A stretch of DNA of 64,000 bases from Bdellovibrionales bacterium (GCA_964230645.1 CAXRHT010000001.1:70943-134942), one strand, 5' to 3'; positions 17,336 to 27,491 are shown, numbered from the stretch's first letter. Numbers and translations: made by a program. The notes: generated from the letters alone by a model not told the origin.

Positions 17336-18775
17336 TTAAGAGAAAACTTGTTCAATGATCTTGGGAAGATCCTTAAGCATTAAGTCTGGAGTGGTGCGCT
17401 TTCTTCTTTGACTCCCCAGCAGACGATGCACTCCAACTCCCGCGCAGGCCGCATCCACACTACTCAACCCTTGAGCCATAAAAGAGGCAATGATTCCCGC
17501 TAGAATATCCCCGGAGCCTGCCACTGCAAGAGAGGTTTCATTCCAGTCCGTGATCCAAGTTTTTTGCTGACAAATAAGCGTATCGTAACCTTTTGCTACA
17601 ACCACAGCGGAAGTTTCATGATTCAGTTTTTTTGCTCTCTCAAGCTTTGTGAGTCCCTCCTCTTCAATCATTCGACTGAGCTCTCCGGTATGAGGTGTGA
17701 GTACAACATTTGAGTTTTTGAACTCTTTTAAAAGTTCTAAGCTTTCCTGATTTAAAGCCCCCCCATCAAGAAGAATTTTACGATCCGTTTTTAACAATTC
17801 ATCAAAATCTTCTATAGAGAGATCCCAACCTGGCCCCAAAACAAGGGCATCACTATCCGAGTCTGAAAGCAAAGAGGTCAGTTTTTTGCCCCCACCATAA
17901 GGGCGAAAAACAAGTGATGGATGCTCGATTTGACAGTCCTTAATTAAACTCTCAGGACAATAAACTTCAACATAACCGGCTCCGCTGAGCTGAGAGGCCT
18001 TAGCAGTCATCAAAGCGGCTCCTGGGTAGGTTTCACAAAGAACCACACCCACCTTACCGCGTTTGTATTTATGCACCTGAGCACTTCTGGATATTTTATC
18101 GAGAAAGTGGGAGGGCTCCGGGAGACAAAAAAATGTTTGTTGAAATTTTGAGACTCTTTGTGAGATGGGACCGACTCCAATCACGTGACTGATTCCACAT
18201 TGCTCTTTTCCGGGAAAGAGTAACAGTCCTGGCTTCAAGCACCCAATGGTGAGAGTGTGTTGAGCCTGAAAACAAGGCTCGTATGTTTTGCCAGTCGTCC
18301 CATCCACTCCGCTTGGGATATCAATACTTATTTTTAAGAGGTTATTTGTACTATTGGCTTCACTCACCCACCGAGAGGCCTCGCCTCTTAAGTCACTATG
18401 AATACCGATTCCAAAAAGAGCATCCACACAAACCGAGGTTTTCTCTAAGCTAAAGTCTTTTTTGATCACTGAAGAAAGTTTTTTTAAATAATGAGCCCTG
18501 GCAGAGTTGACATCCTCCGGGTCCGACTGGGCTAAAACAAACACCTCAATGGAATAATTGTGATTCAATAATTTAAGAGCTAAAGAAAGACCATCATTGC
18601 CATTGTTTCCTGGCCCCACCAGAATTGATATAGTTTGCTCTTTAGAAATATTATTTTCAAACCACTTGAAGAGACTTTCACCGACAAGGTCTAAGACCTC
18701 TTTTAAATCAAGAGAGTCTAAAAGCTCCTTATCAAGCTCTTCTACTTCTTCAGGACTCAGTAGAGGTTTTGACAA
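17336..18775 (-). CDS. nnr: Bifunctional NAD(P)H-hydrate repair enzyme (epimerase/ADP-dependent dehydratase)
   Basis: 479 aa. The YjeF-N motif GPGNNGNDGL and the C-terminal kinase-fold motif GSGDILAG are both present. Confidence 0.88.
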   Translation of the reverse strand: MSKPLLSPEEVEELDKELLDSLDLKEVLDLVGESLFKWFENNISKEQTISILVGPGNNGNDGLSLALKLLNHNYSIEVFVLAQSDPEDVNSARAHYLKKLSSVIKKDFSLEKTSVCVDALFGIGIHSDLRGEASRWVSEANSTNNLLKISIDIPSGVDGTTGKTYEPCFQAQHTLTIGCLKPGLLLFPGKEQCGISHVIGVGPISQRVSKFQQTFFCLPEPSHFLDKISRSAQVHKYKRGKVGVVLCETYPGAALMTAKASQLSGAGYVEVYCPESLIKDCQIEHPSLVFRPYGGGKKLTSLLSDSDSDALVLGPGWDLSIEDFDELLKTDRKILLDGGALNQESLELLKEFKNSNVVLTPHTGELSRMIEEEGLTKLERAKKLNHETSAVVVAKGYDTLICQQKTWITDWNETSLAVAGSGDILAGIIASFMAQGLSSVDAACAGVGVHRLLGSQRRKRTTPDLMLKDLPKIIEQVFS

Positions 18776-18786
18776 TAAAGTCTCCT

Positions 18787-20508
18787 TTAATTGGCGGGGC
18801 TAGGCTCATCCTCGCTGTCATCTTCTGTAGAATCACTAAAGGGATCAAAGGTTTCAAAAGAATCATCACCCTCGGAGTCGGCCTGAGCCTGTACACTCTC
18901 TTCCACTTCACCATCAGCTGGCGGCTCGGAGATTTCAATTTGGTTATCAGGATGGAGCTCTTCGCTACCGGCCTGCATAGTGGCCTCTTCGCTTGACTCA
19001 CTCTCAGGCTCAGAGAGAGGAAGATTGTTTTCCTCAGCGAGTGAGTCCTCACTTTCTGATTGCTCGTCTTTGAGTTCCAATTCTTCGTCTCTTGCCATGG
19101 TGTCGGCATCAATCAAATTTTCTGTTGTTAACTTTGAAAGCTCACCTGTTAAACTCTCACCACTTGGGATCAGCTCATCGGGCCTATCGGCCTCATTCTC
19201 TCCGGCTTCTTGTTCACTCTCAAGCGCAGCGGCTTCTGCTTTGGCTTGTTCAGCGGCTTCTTTTTCAGCCTGCATTTCTTCTAACTTTTTGTCGTATCTT
19301 TCAAGCCACTTCACATCTTTGGTTTCTACTTCTTCACCAACATCTAAAGCTTCACGAATATCACGGGCACGATCACGGTCTCGCTTCTCTTTCTGGCGAC
19401 GTTTTTCTTCTTCAAAAAACTCAGAGGAAGTATCAATACCCTCAAGTGTATCTTCAATTTTTGTAAGCTCTTCTTCTCCCTCGGAGTAGTTCCCTTGATA
19501 ATCCTCAGAAAGACTTTCAGTCACATCACTGAGTTTTTCGTCCTCTTCTTCAATACCGATACCATCGGGCAATAACTGATCGATCTCATCAAGCGAAGGA
19601 AGCTCTCTTAAATTTCTAAGACCAAAAATTTCAAGAAACTTTCTAGTGGTTCCATACTGCATGGGCTTTCCGGGAAGCTCACTTTTGCCTTGAAAGTTTA
19701 CAAGATTTTTTTCCATCAGTGCGCGCACTAAGTGGCCAGACTCCACCCCACGAATTTCATCAATTTCACTTTTAATAATGGGTTGCTTGTAGGCAATAAT
19801 GGACATCACCTCCAGAGCCGGACCAGAGAGTCTAAAAGGTTTGGCTTTACCAAGTTTTCTTAGAAAATCGAGATTGTCGACTTTTGTTCGAAGCTGCCAA
19901 CCACCGTTGATTTCCTCAAGGCTCACCCCACGGGCCGGATCGGCATAAACAGATTGTAGCTCTTCAAGCGCTTTTTTAATGTCTTTGGTTTTAAAAGTGG
20001 TTCCTTTAAAAACCGTTTTAAAAGTTCCGATCCCTAGAGGCCTTTCAGACGCAAAAAGCAGACTTTCAATAATGGAAAGAGCCTGGTTTTGTTCTACGAA
20101 CTCTTTTGTGTCATCTTCGATCAACTCAAGATTTTCTTCATCCTCATCGTCATCTCTTGAGGCTTCCATCTCCGTTTGGGTTTCTTCTTCACTCTCAGGA
20201 CTTTCTTCCTCAGAACTCAAAGCCTCCAGTTTTTCCTCATTATCATCTGAACTGGCTTCTATAGTGGAGTCTGTATCATCATCAGCTAAAGCTTGGTCCA
20301 ATTCGTTTTCAGCCTCACTGGCTTCAAGAACTTCTTCGTTTGTATCAGGAGAGTTTTCATCATCAGTCTCTTCGATAAAGTCCATAGAGGCTCCCGCCAT
20401 TTCGATAGAGTCCATGACTTTTTCCAAAACCTCAGAGTCTTTCTTTTCTTCTTTTTGGTTCTTTTTACTTTTCTTAGATTTCTTATTTACTTTTTCCTGA
20501 CTCGTCAT
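18787..20508 (-). CDS. scpB: Segregation and condensation protein B with long acidic N- and C-terminal extensions
   Basis: 573 aa. The ScpB core runs about LSIIESLLFASERPL...GGWQLRTK...LSGPALEVMSIIAYKQPIIKSEIDEIRGV...GKPMQYGTTRKFLEIFGL. E/D/S-rich low-complexity regions flank it. ATGA overlap with scpA. Confidence 0.85.
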   Translation of the reverse strand: MTSQEKVNKKSKKSKKNQKEEKKDSEVLEKVMDSIEMAGASMDFIEETDDENSPDTNEEVLEASEAENELDQALADDDTDSTIEASSDDNEEKLEALSSEEESPESEEETQTEMEASRDDDEDEENLELIEDDTKEFVEQNQALSIIESLLFASERPLGIGTFKTVFKGTTFKTKDIKKALEELQSVYADPARGVSLEEINGGWQLRTKVDNLDFLRKLGKAKPFRLSGPALEVMSIIAYKQPIIKSEIDEIRGVESGHLVRALMEKNLVNFQGKSELPGKPMQYGTTRKFLEIFGLRNLRELPSLDEIDQLLPDGIGIEEEDEKLSDVTESLSEDYQGNYSEGEEELTKIEDTLEGIDTSSEFFEEEKRRQKEKRDRDRARDIREALDVGEEVETKDVKWLERYDKKLEEMQAEKEAAEQAKAEAAALESEQEAGENEADRPDELIPSGESLTGELSKLTTENLIDADTMARDEELELKDEQSESEDSLAEENNLPLSEPESESSEEATMQAGSEELHPDNQIEISEPPADGEVEESVQAQADSEGDDSFETFDPFSDSTEDDSEDEPSPAN

Positions 20509-21797
20509 GAGATGGTCCCCTTGTCCGCATGATCTTCGTTGTCGTTTAATTCTTGAGCGCTGGTGTTTTCCTCAGAGGGCTCACTCAAGGCCAACTCTTC
20601 AGCACTCACTGACTCTTGCAAGCTCACAGTCTCAGGCTCTGATCCTGGGCCCTCTTCATCTTGGCTTGGCGTTAAATCCTCAACCTCTTGTGCCTCTTCC
20701 TGGCTAGCCACTTCTAAAGCTTGCTCTTTCACGGAAGCCTCAGTGACGTCTTCTGGGCCAGATTCGTTTTCCATTTCACTGGAGTTTCTTAAGGCCTGTA
20801 AACTTTCATCATGACTCGCCTGAAAAGGGCTCTCTTCTTTGATATCGAGCTCTTCTTCGGCTTTAAGGATGTCATCATCACTGGCCATATCAAAGCTTTC
20901 TCCGTCTTCAGAGTTTTCTTCGCTCAGCTCATCACTATTATCGTCATCTTCTGCAGAGGCCACCATTTGCTCGGCCTTTTCAAAAGCCTCCTCTTGAGCT
21001 TCTTCCATCAGGCGGTCGGCGGTTTGCTCAGAAGCGCCTGAGTCGTACTCTTCCACACGCTCCACGGACTCTAGGGTGATTTCTCGTTTGGCCGTTAAAT
21101 AAATGTCTCCATAAACTTCTGCCTGATAAACGGAAACAAGGCCCATCTTCCCCATCTCTAGGCAGGAAAGAAAGGTGATTAAAAGCTCCTCTTTGGCTTC
21201 TTCAACACTGGTCAGAAGATCGCGCATAAGAACCCTTTGCCCCACGACAAACTTTTCTTTCATCTCCATGATTCGACCAGCAATGGAGCGAGTTTTCCTG
21301 GCCACTTTATGAATGGCTTTTTTCATTTTTCTTACGGAATTTCGATAATGAGCAATTAGAGAAAAAAGTCCGCCCTCATCAAGAATGATCTCGCCTTCTT
21401 CATCGGAATGGAAGTTTCTTCCTTTTCCACGGCGATAGACATCGCGCCCTAAGAGAGGTCTTTCATAAAGTTTTTTTGAGGCCTCTTGAAACTTTTGATA
21501 CTCGATCAAGCGTTCGACGAGCTCTTTTCTAGGGTCTTCCACCTCGTCTTCTTCCCCTTCCTCATTGTAGTTGGGAAGAAGCATTTTTGATTTGATCTGA
21601 ATGAGGGTAGCCGCCATGGCAATAAAGTCGCCGGCCACTTCAAGATCAAACTGTTTCATCTTTTTGATATATTCCAAGTATTGAGAGGTAATCAGTTGGA
21701 CATCGATATCAAAGATGTCCATCTCTTCCTTGCGAATCAAATAAAGCAGTAGACCCAGAGGTCCTTCAAATTGTGGGATATGGATAGATAAATTCAC
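20505..21797 (-). CDS. scpA: Segregation and condensation protein A with acidic C-terminal extension
   Basis: 430 aa. The N-terminal FEGPLGLLLYLIRKEEMDIFDIDVQLITSQYLEYI is the ScpA signature. The last roughly 170 aa are E/D/S-rich. 4-nt overlap with the upstream M50 gene. Confidence 0.85.
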   Translation of the reverse strand: MNLSIHIPQFEGPLGLLLYLIRKEEMDIFDIDVQLITSQYLEYIKKMKQFDLEVAGDFIAMAATLIQIKSKMLLPNYNEEGEEDEVEDPRKELVERLIEYQKFQEASKKLYERPLLGRDVYRRGKGRNFHSDEEGEIILDEGGLFSLIAHYRNSVRKMKKAIHKVARKTRSIAGRIMEMKEKFVVGQRVLMRDLLTSVEEAKEELLITFLSCLEMGKMGLVSVYQAEVYGDIYLTAKREITLESVERVEEYDSGASEQTADRLMEEAQEEAFEKAEQMVASAEDDDNSDELSEENSEDGESFDMASDDDILKAEEELDIKEESPFQASHDESLQALRNSSEMENESGPEDVTEASVKEQALEVASQEEAQEVEDLTPSQDEEGPGSEPETVSLQESVSAEELALSEPSEENTSAQELNDNEDHADKGTIS

Positions 21798-22453
21798 AGG
21801 CCTCCCAAAGAGATTACGAATTGCCAGGAAGATTCAACAATTAAAATTAATGGATAAGCAATGTAACGGAAAAGTCCGGAGATAATCAACACCATCAATC
21901 CAATTTGAAGATGATTTTGATAATCTTCGAGCCAACGGTTCCAGTGATAGGGTAAAAAACGAGCTAAAATTTTTCCACCATCCAAGGGATGAAGAGGAAT
22001 CAGGTTAAAAAAGGCAAGAACCACATTAAGCATCAAGAAAATTCTCATCATTGAATAAAGTGGAGAATTAAAGGGCACCTCGATCACATGCACCATCAGC
22101 CCAAAAACGAAAAGACCCACAATAAATAAAAGAATGTTCGACATGGGGCCGGCGAGCGCCACCCAGAACATATCGTTTTTGGCATCTTTTAAATTTCTTG
22201 GATTCACCGGCACTGGCTTAGCCCATCCAAATAAAAAAGGAACGTGGGTAACGATCATTAGGACCGGTAAACCAATGGTTCCAATCCAATCGATATGAGG
22301 AAGAGGATTCATGGTGAGTCGCCCCATCATCTCGGCTGTGTTGTCGCCTCTCATTTTAGCGACAAAACCATGGGCGAACTCGTGAAAACACAGCGCGAAC
22401 AGGAACGGGGGTAAGAACAAAGCAATACTAATCAGAGTTTCCATTGGATCCAT
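21794..22453 (-). CDS. Site-2 protease family (peptidase M50) membrane metalloprotease
   Basis: 219 aa, polytopic. HEFAHG zinc motif and the second motif NLIPLHPLDGGK. Confidence 0.8.
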   Translation of the reverse strand: MDPMETLISIALFLPPFLFALCFHEFAHGFVAKMRGDNTAEMMGRLTMNPLPHIDWIGTIGLPVLMIVTHVPFLFGWAKPVPVNPRNLKDAKNDMFWVALAGPMSNILLFIVGLFVFGLMVHVIEVPFNSPLYSMMRIFLMLNVVLAFFNLIPLHPLDGGKILARFLPYHWNRWLEDYQNHLQIGLMVLIISGLFRYIAYPLILIVESSWQFVISLGGL

Positions 22454-22683
22454 AGGAAAACTCTAGCCCAAAGGCTTAGGGCTGTCCACACCGCAAACCC
22501 GGGATTTTCCAGTTTTTTTGCACTGATATTGAGCAGATAAGCCCCCGCTATTTTGAATCTGAGGCTCGTTTGAGCAATATGAGCTTTTGGCACTTTTTGG
22601 AGTCATTTAAATAGGCACGAATTATGGCTAGAATTTCGGGCTCGGATTTTTAATTTTCCTCCAATCGACGTTAGAATAAGGAG

Positions 22684-23928
22684 GTGAAATACGTTCTTGC
22701 TGTTCTACTTTTGCTCTCTCCCCTCTCCCTTTTCGCCGCCTACGGAAATTTCAATACGGTCTTAATCGGTGAGCAAGCTTCGGGAATGGGTGGGGCTTAC
22801 ACTGCTATGAGTGGAGACTCCTCCTCCTCAGGATTTTATAATCCCGCTTCCCTGGTAAAATTGAGTGGAACCGACATCTCAGCTTCGGCCACCCTCTTTA
22901 ATAAATACGACACCACTTACGGTGAGGGACAAAACTTTCTAGACGCTGGGGAAAGAGTGAACCGCGGCTTTTTTAGAACTCTCCCCTCTGCAATAGGAAA
23001 CGTTTACCGCTGGAAAAAGTGGGCCTTTGGATTCAGTATTGTGGTTCCAGACTACGACTTTTTCTCTGGGCGCTTGGCTGATGGACCTAACAAACAATCC
23101 CATCTCAGCTACACCGACGAGAGCCTATGGAGCGGGATTGTAGGCTCCTATAAAGCGAGTCCCAATGAAAGTTTTGGAATCTCTCTTTACTATACGGCTC
23201 GAAGCCTCATTCGCTCCACCCTGGATCGAACCATTGTTTCGCCCGCCCGAGAAATCATCACCACTGAAGAAAAAAGCATTAAGCATAACGGAATCGTCAT
23301 GGTTCTAGGCTACCTTTGGGACATCAACCCCAAGTGGTCCTTTGGCACCTCTATTCGCCCTCCGGCTCTGAGTATTTCAGGGCAGGGTTCTTTTTATCAA
23401 AACGTCACCGACACGGCCAACCTGCCCAGTGAAAGCATTCAAATTAGAAACGCGAGCGCTAAAACCTATATTCCCCCGCGCTACTCTTTGGGCTTTGTTT
23501 ATCGACCCACAGCAGACCTGACCCTTTCACTGGATGGTAAGTACTACCTCGGCCACTCCTATCAGGATATGGATGTCCCGCAGGCAGCCGATCAAATCAA
23601 CCACGTCGACACATGGAACGCTTCCCTTGGGATGGAAATGAAGTTCAGAGACCCTAACTTCAACTGGCGTCTTGGGGTCTTTACCAATAACTCTTCCATG
23701 GCCGAAATTCCTGAAAACCCCACTGAGCGCGTGGGAGAGCGTATGCAGCTTTACGGTTTTTCAACCAACGTTAATTTTTTAGTGTCCGAGCACTCCAGCT
23801 ACACCCTAGGGGGCTTTTACTCGGGCGGAAATGGTAAAAGTGCCCAAATAACAGGAAACCAACTCACCCGCCTTGATAAAACCCACCATATTTTTTCTCT
23901 TCTTATTTCCACCTCCTACCAGTTTTAG
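22684..23928 (+). CDS. Outer-membrane transport protein, FadL/TodX-like
   Basis: 414 aa. GTG start after AGGAGG. Signal peptide. An N-terminal segment (GEQASGMGGAYTAMSGDSSSSGFYNPASL) like the FadL family hatch region. Ends ...STSYQF. Lies next to an acyl-CoA dehydrogenase. Confidence 0.6.
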   Translation: MKYVLAVLLLLSPLSLFAAYGNFNTVLIGEQASGMGGAYTAMSGDSSSSGFYNPASLVKLSGTDISASATLFNKYDTTYGEGQNFLDAGERVNRGFFRTLPSAIGNVYRWKKWAFGFSIVVPDYDFFSGRLADGPNKQSHLSYTDESLWSGIVGSYKASPNESFGISLYYTARSLIRSTLDRTIVSPAREIITTEEKSIKHNGIVMVLGYLWDINPKWSFGTSIRPPALSISGQGSFYQNVTDTANLPSESIQIRNASAKTYIPPRYSLGFVYRPTADLTLSLDGKYYLGHSYQDMDVPQAADQINHVDTWNASLGMEMKFRDPNFNWRLGVFTNNSSMAEIPENPTERVGERMQLYGFSTNVNFLVSEHSSYTLGGFYSGGNGKSAQITGNQLTRLDKTHHIFSLLISTSYQF

Positions 23929-24038
23929 GCCCTTTAGAGGCGCCTCTCACTGCACCCCGAATTGACTTTTCTCCAGTCCTTTTAAATAAATGGGCCATCA
24001 ATTCCTATCAAATCCGTTGAAGGTTAAGGAGAAAAGAA

Positions 24039-25187
24039 ATGAGCCAACCCGCTATTACTACCTGGAGTGAAGACGAAAAAGCCTTTCGCATGGCGATCCG
24101 TGAGTTCGCCGAGTCCGTGATCAAACCCAAAGTTCACGAAATGGACAAGAACCAACAGATGGACCCTGAAATTGTTCAGCAACTTTTTCAAATGGGACTT
24201 ATGGGTATCGAGTCTCCTGAGAAATTTGGAGGAGCCGAGTCCTCTTTTACGATGGCTTGTATCGCCATTGAAGAATTAGGAAGAATTGATGGATCGGTTT
24301 CTGTTCTTTGTGACGTACAAAATACTCTTGTAACCAACGCTTTCCTTAATTACGCCAATGAGGAAATGAAAGAAAAATATCTTCCAAAACTCGCGAGCGA
24401 ATGGGTGGGAGCCTACGCACTCTCAGAGAGTGGTTCAGGTTCCGATGCCTTTGCTCTTGGTTTAAAAGCCGAGGATAAAGGAGACAAATACGTTCTTAAT
24501 GGTCACAAACTTTGGATCACGAACGGAAAAGAAGCGAGCCTATTCTTGGTTTTCGCCAACCTTAATCCCGAGGCTGGCTACAAAGGTATTACCGGCTTTA
24601 TCGTTGAAAAAGATTTCCCTGGTTTTTCCGTGGGTAAAAAAGAAGACAAGCTTGGAATCCGCGCAAGCTCCACTTGCGAACTTCTTTTCGAGAACTGTGA
24701 AGTTCCCAAAGGAAACATCATCGGTGAAGTGGGTAAAGGTTATAAAATTGCTATTGAAACACTGAACGAGGGCCGCATTGGAATTGGGGCTCAAATGATC
24801 GGTATTGCACAAGGCGCTTACGAAGCCGCTTTAAACTACGTGCAAGGTCGTGAACAGTTTGGAAAACCATTAGCAAAGTTTCAAGGCATTCAATTTCAAC
24901 TGGCTGAAATGAGAACCGAACTTGAGGCCGCGAAACTGATGGTTTACAACGCCGCAAGACTCAAAGACTCCGGTGAAGATTTTATTAAAGAGGCCGCGAT
25001 GGCCAAGCTCTTCTCTTCGCAAGCTGCAGAGAAAATTACCTCCCTTGCCATTGATCTCTTCGGCGGAAATGGTTTTACTACCGAGTACCCTGTCGAGAAA
25101 TACTGGAGAGACGCCAAAATTGGCCAGATCTATGAAGGAACGACCAATATGCAAAAGCAAACCATCGCCAAGTTGGAGATGAGTTAA
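24039..25187 (+). CDS. Acyl-CoA dehydrogenase (short/medium-chain type)
   Basis: 382 aa. GAYALSESGSGSDA, KLWITNG and the catalytic-region IYEGTTNMQ are ACAD signatures. Confidence 0.92.
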   Translation: MSQPAITTWSEDEKAFRMAIREFAESVIKPKVHEMDKNQQMDPEIVQQLFQMGLMGIESPEKFGGAESSFTMACIAIEELGRIDGSVSVLCDVQNTLVTNAFLNYANEEMKEKYLPKLASEWVGAYALSESGSGSDAFALGLKAEDKGDKYVLNGHKLWITNGKEASLFLVFANLNPEAGYKGITGFIVEKDFPGFSVGKKEDKLGIRASSTCELLFENCEVPKGNIIGEVGKGYKIAIETLNEGRIGIGAQMIGIAQGAYEAALNYVQGREQFGKPLAKFQGIQFQLAEMRTELEAAKLMVYNAARLKDSGEDFIKEAAMAKLFSSQAAEKITSLAIDLFGGNGFTTEYPVEKYWRDAKIGQIYEGTTNMQKQTIAKLEMS

Positions 25188-25260
25188 CCATAAAGAAAAC
25201 CCAGTGCTACCTTTCATTGAGGTGGCACTTAATCAAGGTTCAAGAAGATCTCACTGGCTA

Positions 25261-25452
25261 TAGGTCCTTCGGCTCCGCCTCAGGACGACAATCGAGAATT
25301 CTGTCATTCTGAACATTCTGTCTTTTTGTCATTCTGAACATTCTGGCTTTCTGTCATTCTGAATATTCTGTCTTTTTGTCATTCTGAGCGTAGCGAAGAA
25401 TCTGTCGCCACTAAGTTTCCGTCCCTACTCTTAGTCCTTTACGGGAAGTCTT
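25261..25452. repeat. GTCATTCTGA-family repeat locus with 25-nt tandem units
   Basis: TAGGTCCTTCGGCTCCGCCTCAGGACGACAAT (25261-25292) is followed by four GTCATTCTGA cores at 25303, 25328, 25353 and 25378 (period 25 nt). Then comes the core GCGTAGCGAAGAATCT, then a loop with ACTAAG/CTTAGT pairing. The distal arm is decayed. Confidence 0.8.
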
Positions 25453-25685
25453 CTAGCCTTTCCACTCCTATCCTATCCCATCGCACCCTCTGGAAAAACC
25501 ACTCTGTCGTTCCCACACAACCCATAAATGCCCCATCTGACGGCCTTTCGCGGAAAGTGTCTAAATTTTTCAAAAAGCCAGGCCTTAGTCCTAAGTAATC
25601 TAAAAAATTTAGCTTTCAGCTAAAAGTTTGTAAAAAACTTATCAAAGTCTTTAAGACTTTGTATCAGTCCACCGTACTTAAGGGC

Positions 25686-27479
25686 ATGAAAGCAAGACTA
25701 AAGTTATCCACCCTTGTCCGCATCAGTTTAACATTAGGGCTTCTCATCTTGGCCCTTCCCTCACAAGCCTTCGAGCAGTACTGGCAATGTTCCAGTCGGC
25801 AAGGCGGCGATTGGAGTTTTGGAAGAGCCCCTTCTATTTGTCTGGTCGACCATATGCAGACCCAAGATTTTGTGAAGTCTCAATATGATCCAATTCTTTT
25901 CAAAGACTCTCTTTCACGAACTAATGAAAGAAAAAGATATATCACTGAACTCAATGCGCTCGCAAAAGAAGTGGCGCGCTACTATTTACAAAAAAGAAAA
26001 CCCGGAGTGAGCGAGGCAGAAATCGCCGCCTTCACGAAAGGTCTTCTCACTTTGATGCATCAAGAAACCGTTTGGTCCCATTACCGTAGAAGCACTGACG
26101 GTCGAGTGCGCTATATGAGAGGTGATTTTGGTCACGGTCATGGACTTATGCAGGTCGATGATCGCTCCCACCAAACCGCACTCCTGCAGGGAAAGGGTGC
26201 TGACCTAATTCATAATATGATGTACGGCCTCGATGTCTTTTATGGTGAGTGGCAAAGAGCTCCAAGCCAATACTGTGTGAATGGGCCCACGGATTATAAG
26301 AATCGTATTCGCTCGGCTTGGGCCGCTTACAACGGTGGACCCGGACGCATTTGTCGTTGGACAAGCACGACCGGAACCTACGCGCACCACGACAAGGACT
26401 TTTTAAGTAAGCTCAACAATCAGGTTTTTAAAAACTATGTTACCACTGAAAATAAAGAAACCGCTCTTAACGTGCAGTGTTTGAGCGAAGGCTCCCGTCC
26501 CTGTGCCAATACAGGCACCAGCACAAAACCCGTTCAACCAAAAGAGGGTCAGCTTTATCAAGTGGGCTCTGGTTTTTACTGTCTCGTTAAAGGCGATGAA
26601 CTTCAGTGTGTGGATCGTTTAAACGACGTTAATTGCCTTAACTTACGAGATAGCACCAACTATGCCTCGCAAGGTAGCCTTTCTGAGGAACAGTTAAAAA
26701 ACTTCTCCATTCGCCATTACGATCGCAACTCGATTTGTCAGGCTTCCGTGGATGGTCTAATTTCTATTAGCTCCGAAATTGAACTTCAAAAAAGTATTAA
26801 CTTAAGAAGGACACCCGCTGGAGAGTTAGCCACGACGGTTCCTCAAGGCAGCAAACTTAAAATTCTTGATTTTGAAGTGACCAGCACGGCCGAGCAATTT
26901 CGGTACTACAAGCTTAATTACGAGGGAGTTGAAGGCTATGTTTACGCCGGTGATCTTTCCTCTCACCCTGAGTGGGCTGTGGAGGTAGAAGATATGACCT
27001 CTGGAAGCCTCTTAGCTAATATCGGTGAAAGTCTAGAAGTCAAAGCCCCTTACGGAATCAATCAACGAGCCACTCCTAATGGACGCTATCTGCAGCGAAT
27101 TCCTGTGGGCACTCAGGTGCAAGTTCTTGATCGTATCGTTAGAGGAAACGCGAACTATCTTTATTATAAAGTCTCTTATAACAACTTAACCGGTTATATT
27201 TACTCGGGTTACTTAACCAATTTAGAGAGTGTTTCTTACTGGACCTCAAAACTTGATAACAAGAAATCTCTGCTTTCGCTTTCTCAAAACCAAGCTTATC
27301 AGTACTTAAAAGAGTGCCCTGAGAGCTCTTGCTCCTACTCTGAGGCTTACCTTGAATCCGATAAAGAAAACGATCAAGTTGAAGTGGTGGAAGAAAAGTC
27401 CGGTTGGTCTCTTGTGGTTAACCGCACTAAAAATAAAAAGGGATGGATTCGCAACTCACAACTTGAGCAAAATCACTAA
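25686..27479 (+). CDS. Secreted SLT-like peptidoglycan hydrolase with three C-terminal SH3b-like domains
   Basis: The track ORF begins at a TTG (25659). ATG at 25686 gives MKARLKL... plus a signal peptide. GHGLMQVD and AYNGGP resemble lytic transglycosylase motifs. Three SH3b-like segments are present (e.g. YYKLNYEGVEGYVYAGDL, YYKVSYNNLTGYIYSGYL, GWSLVVNRTKNKKGWIRNSQL). Confidence 0.6.
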   Translation: MKARLKLSTLVRISLTLGLLILALPSQAFEQYWQCSSRQGGDWSFGRAPSICLVDHMQTQDFVKSQYDPILFKDSLSRTNERKRYITELNALAKEVARYYLQKRKPGVSEAEIAAFTKGLLTLMHQETVWSHYRRSTDGRVRYMRGDFGHGHGLMQVDDRSHQTALLQGKGADLIHNMMYGLDVFYGEWQRAPSQYCVNGPTDYKNRIRSAWAAYNGGPGRICRWTSTTGTYAHHDKDFLSKLNNQVFKNYVTTENKETALNVQCLSEGSRPCANTGTSTKPVQPKEGQLYQVGSGFYCLVKGDELQCVDRLNDVNCLNLRDSTNYASQGSLSEEQLKNFSIRHYDRNSICQASVDGLISISSEIELQKSINLRRTPAGELATTVPQGSKLKILDFEVTSTAEQFRYYKLNYEGVEGYVYAGDLSSHPEWAVEVEDMTSGSLLANIGESLEVKAPYGINQRATPNGRYLQRIPVGTQVQVLDRIVRGNANYLYYKVSYNNLTGYIYSGYLTNLESVSYWTSKLDNKKSLLSLSQNQAYQYLKECPESSCSYSEAYLESDKENDQVEVVEEKSGWSLVVNRTKNKKGWIRNSQLEQNH

Positions 27480-27491
27480 GGAGTTTCGGTC

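Noticed and set aside
18980-20500. Long plus-strand ORFs (18980..19489, 19092..19466, 19979..20500, 20563..20814 and others) encoding Ser/Leu/Phe-rich proteins
   Set aside because: They lie antisense to the GAA/GAG/GAT-rich acidic tails of scpB and scpA. The complement of such codons is naturally stop-free. They have no RBS or family signal, while the sense-strand genes have clear ScpA/ScpB cores.
25201-25235. Hairpin AGTGCTACC-N9-GGTGGCACT just after the acyl-CoA dehydrogenase stop as an intrinsic terminator
   Set aside because: The stem is plausible (one G-U pair) but no U-run follows. The adjacent repeat locus may perform termination instead. Evidence is too weak to list as a feature.
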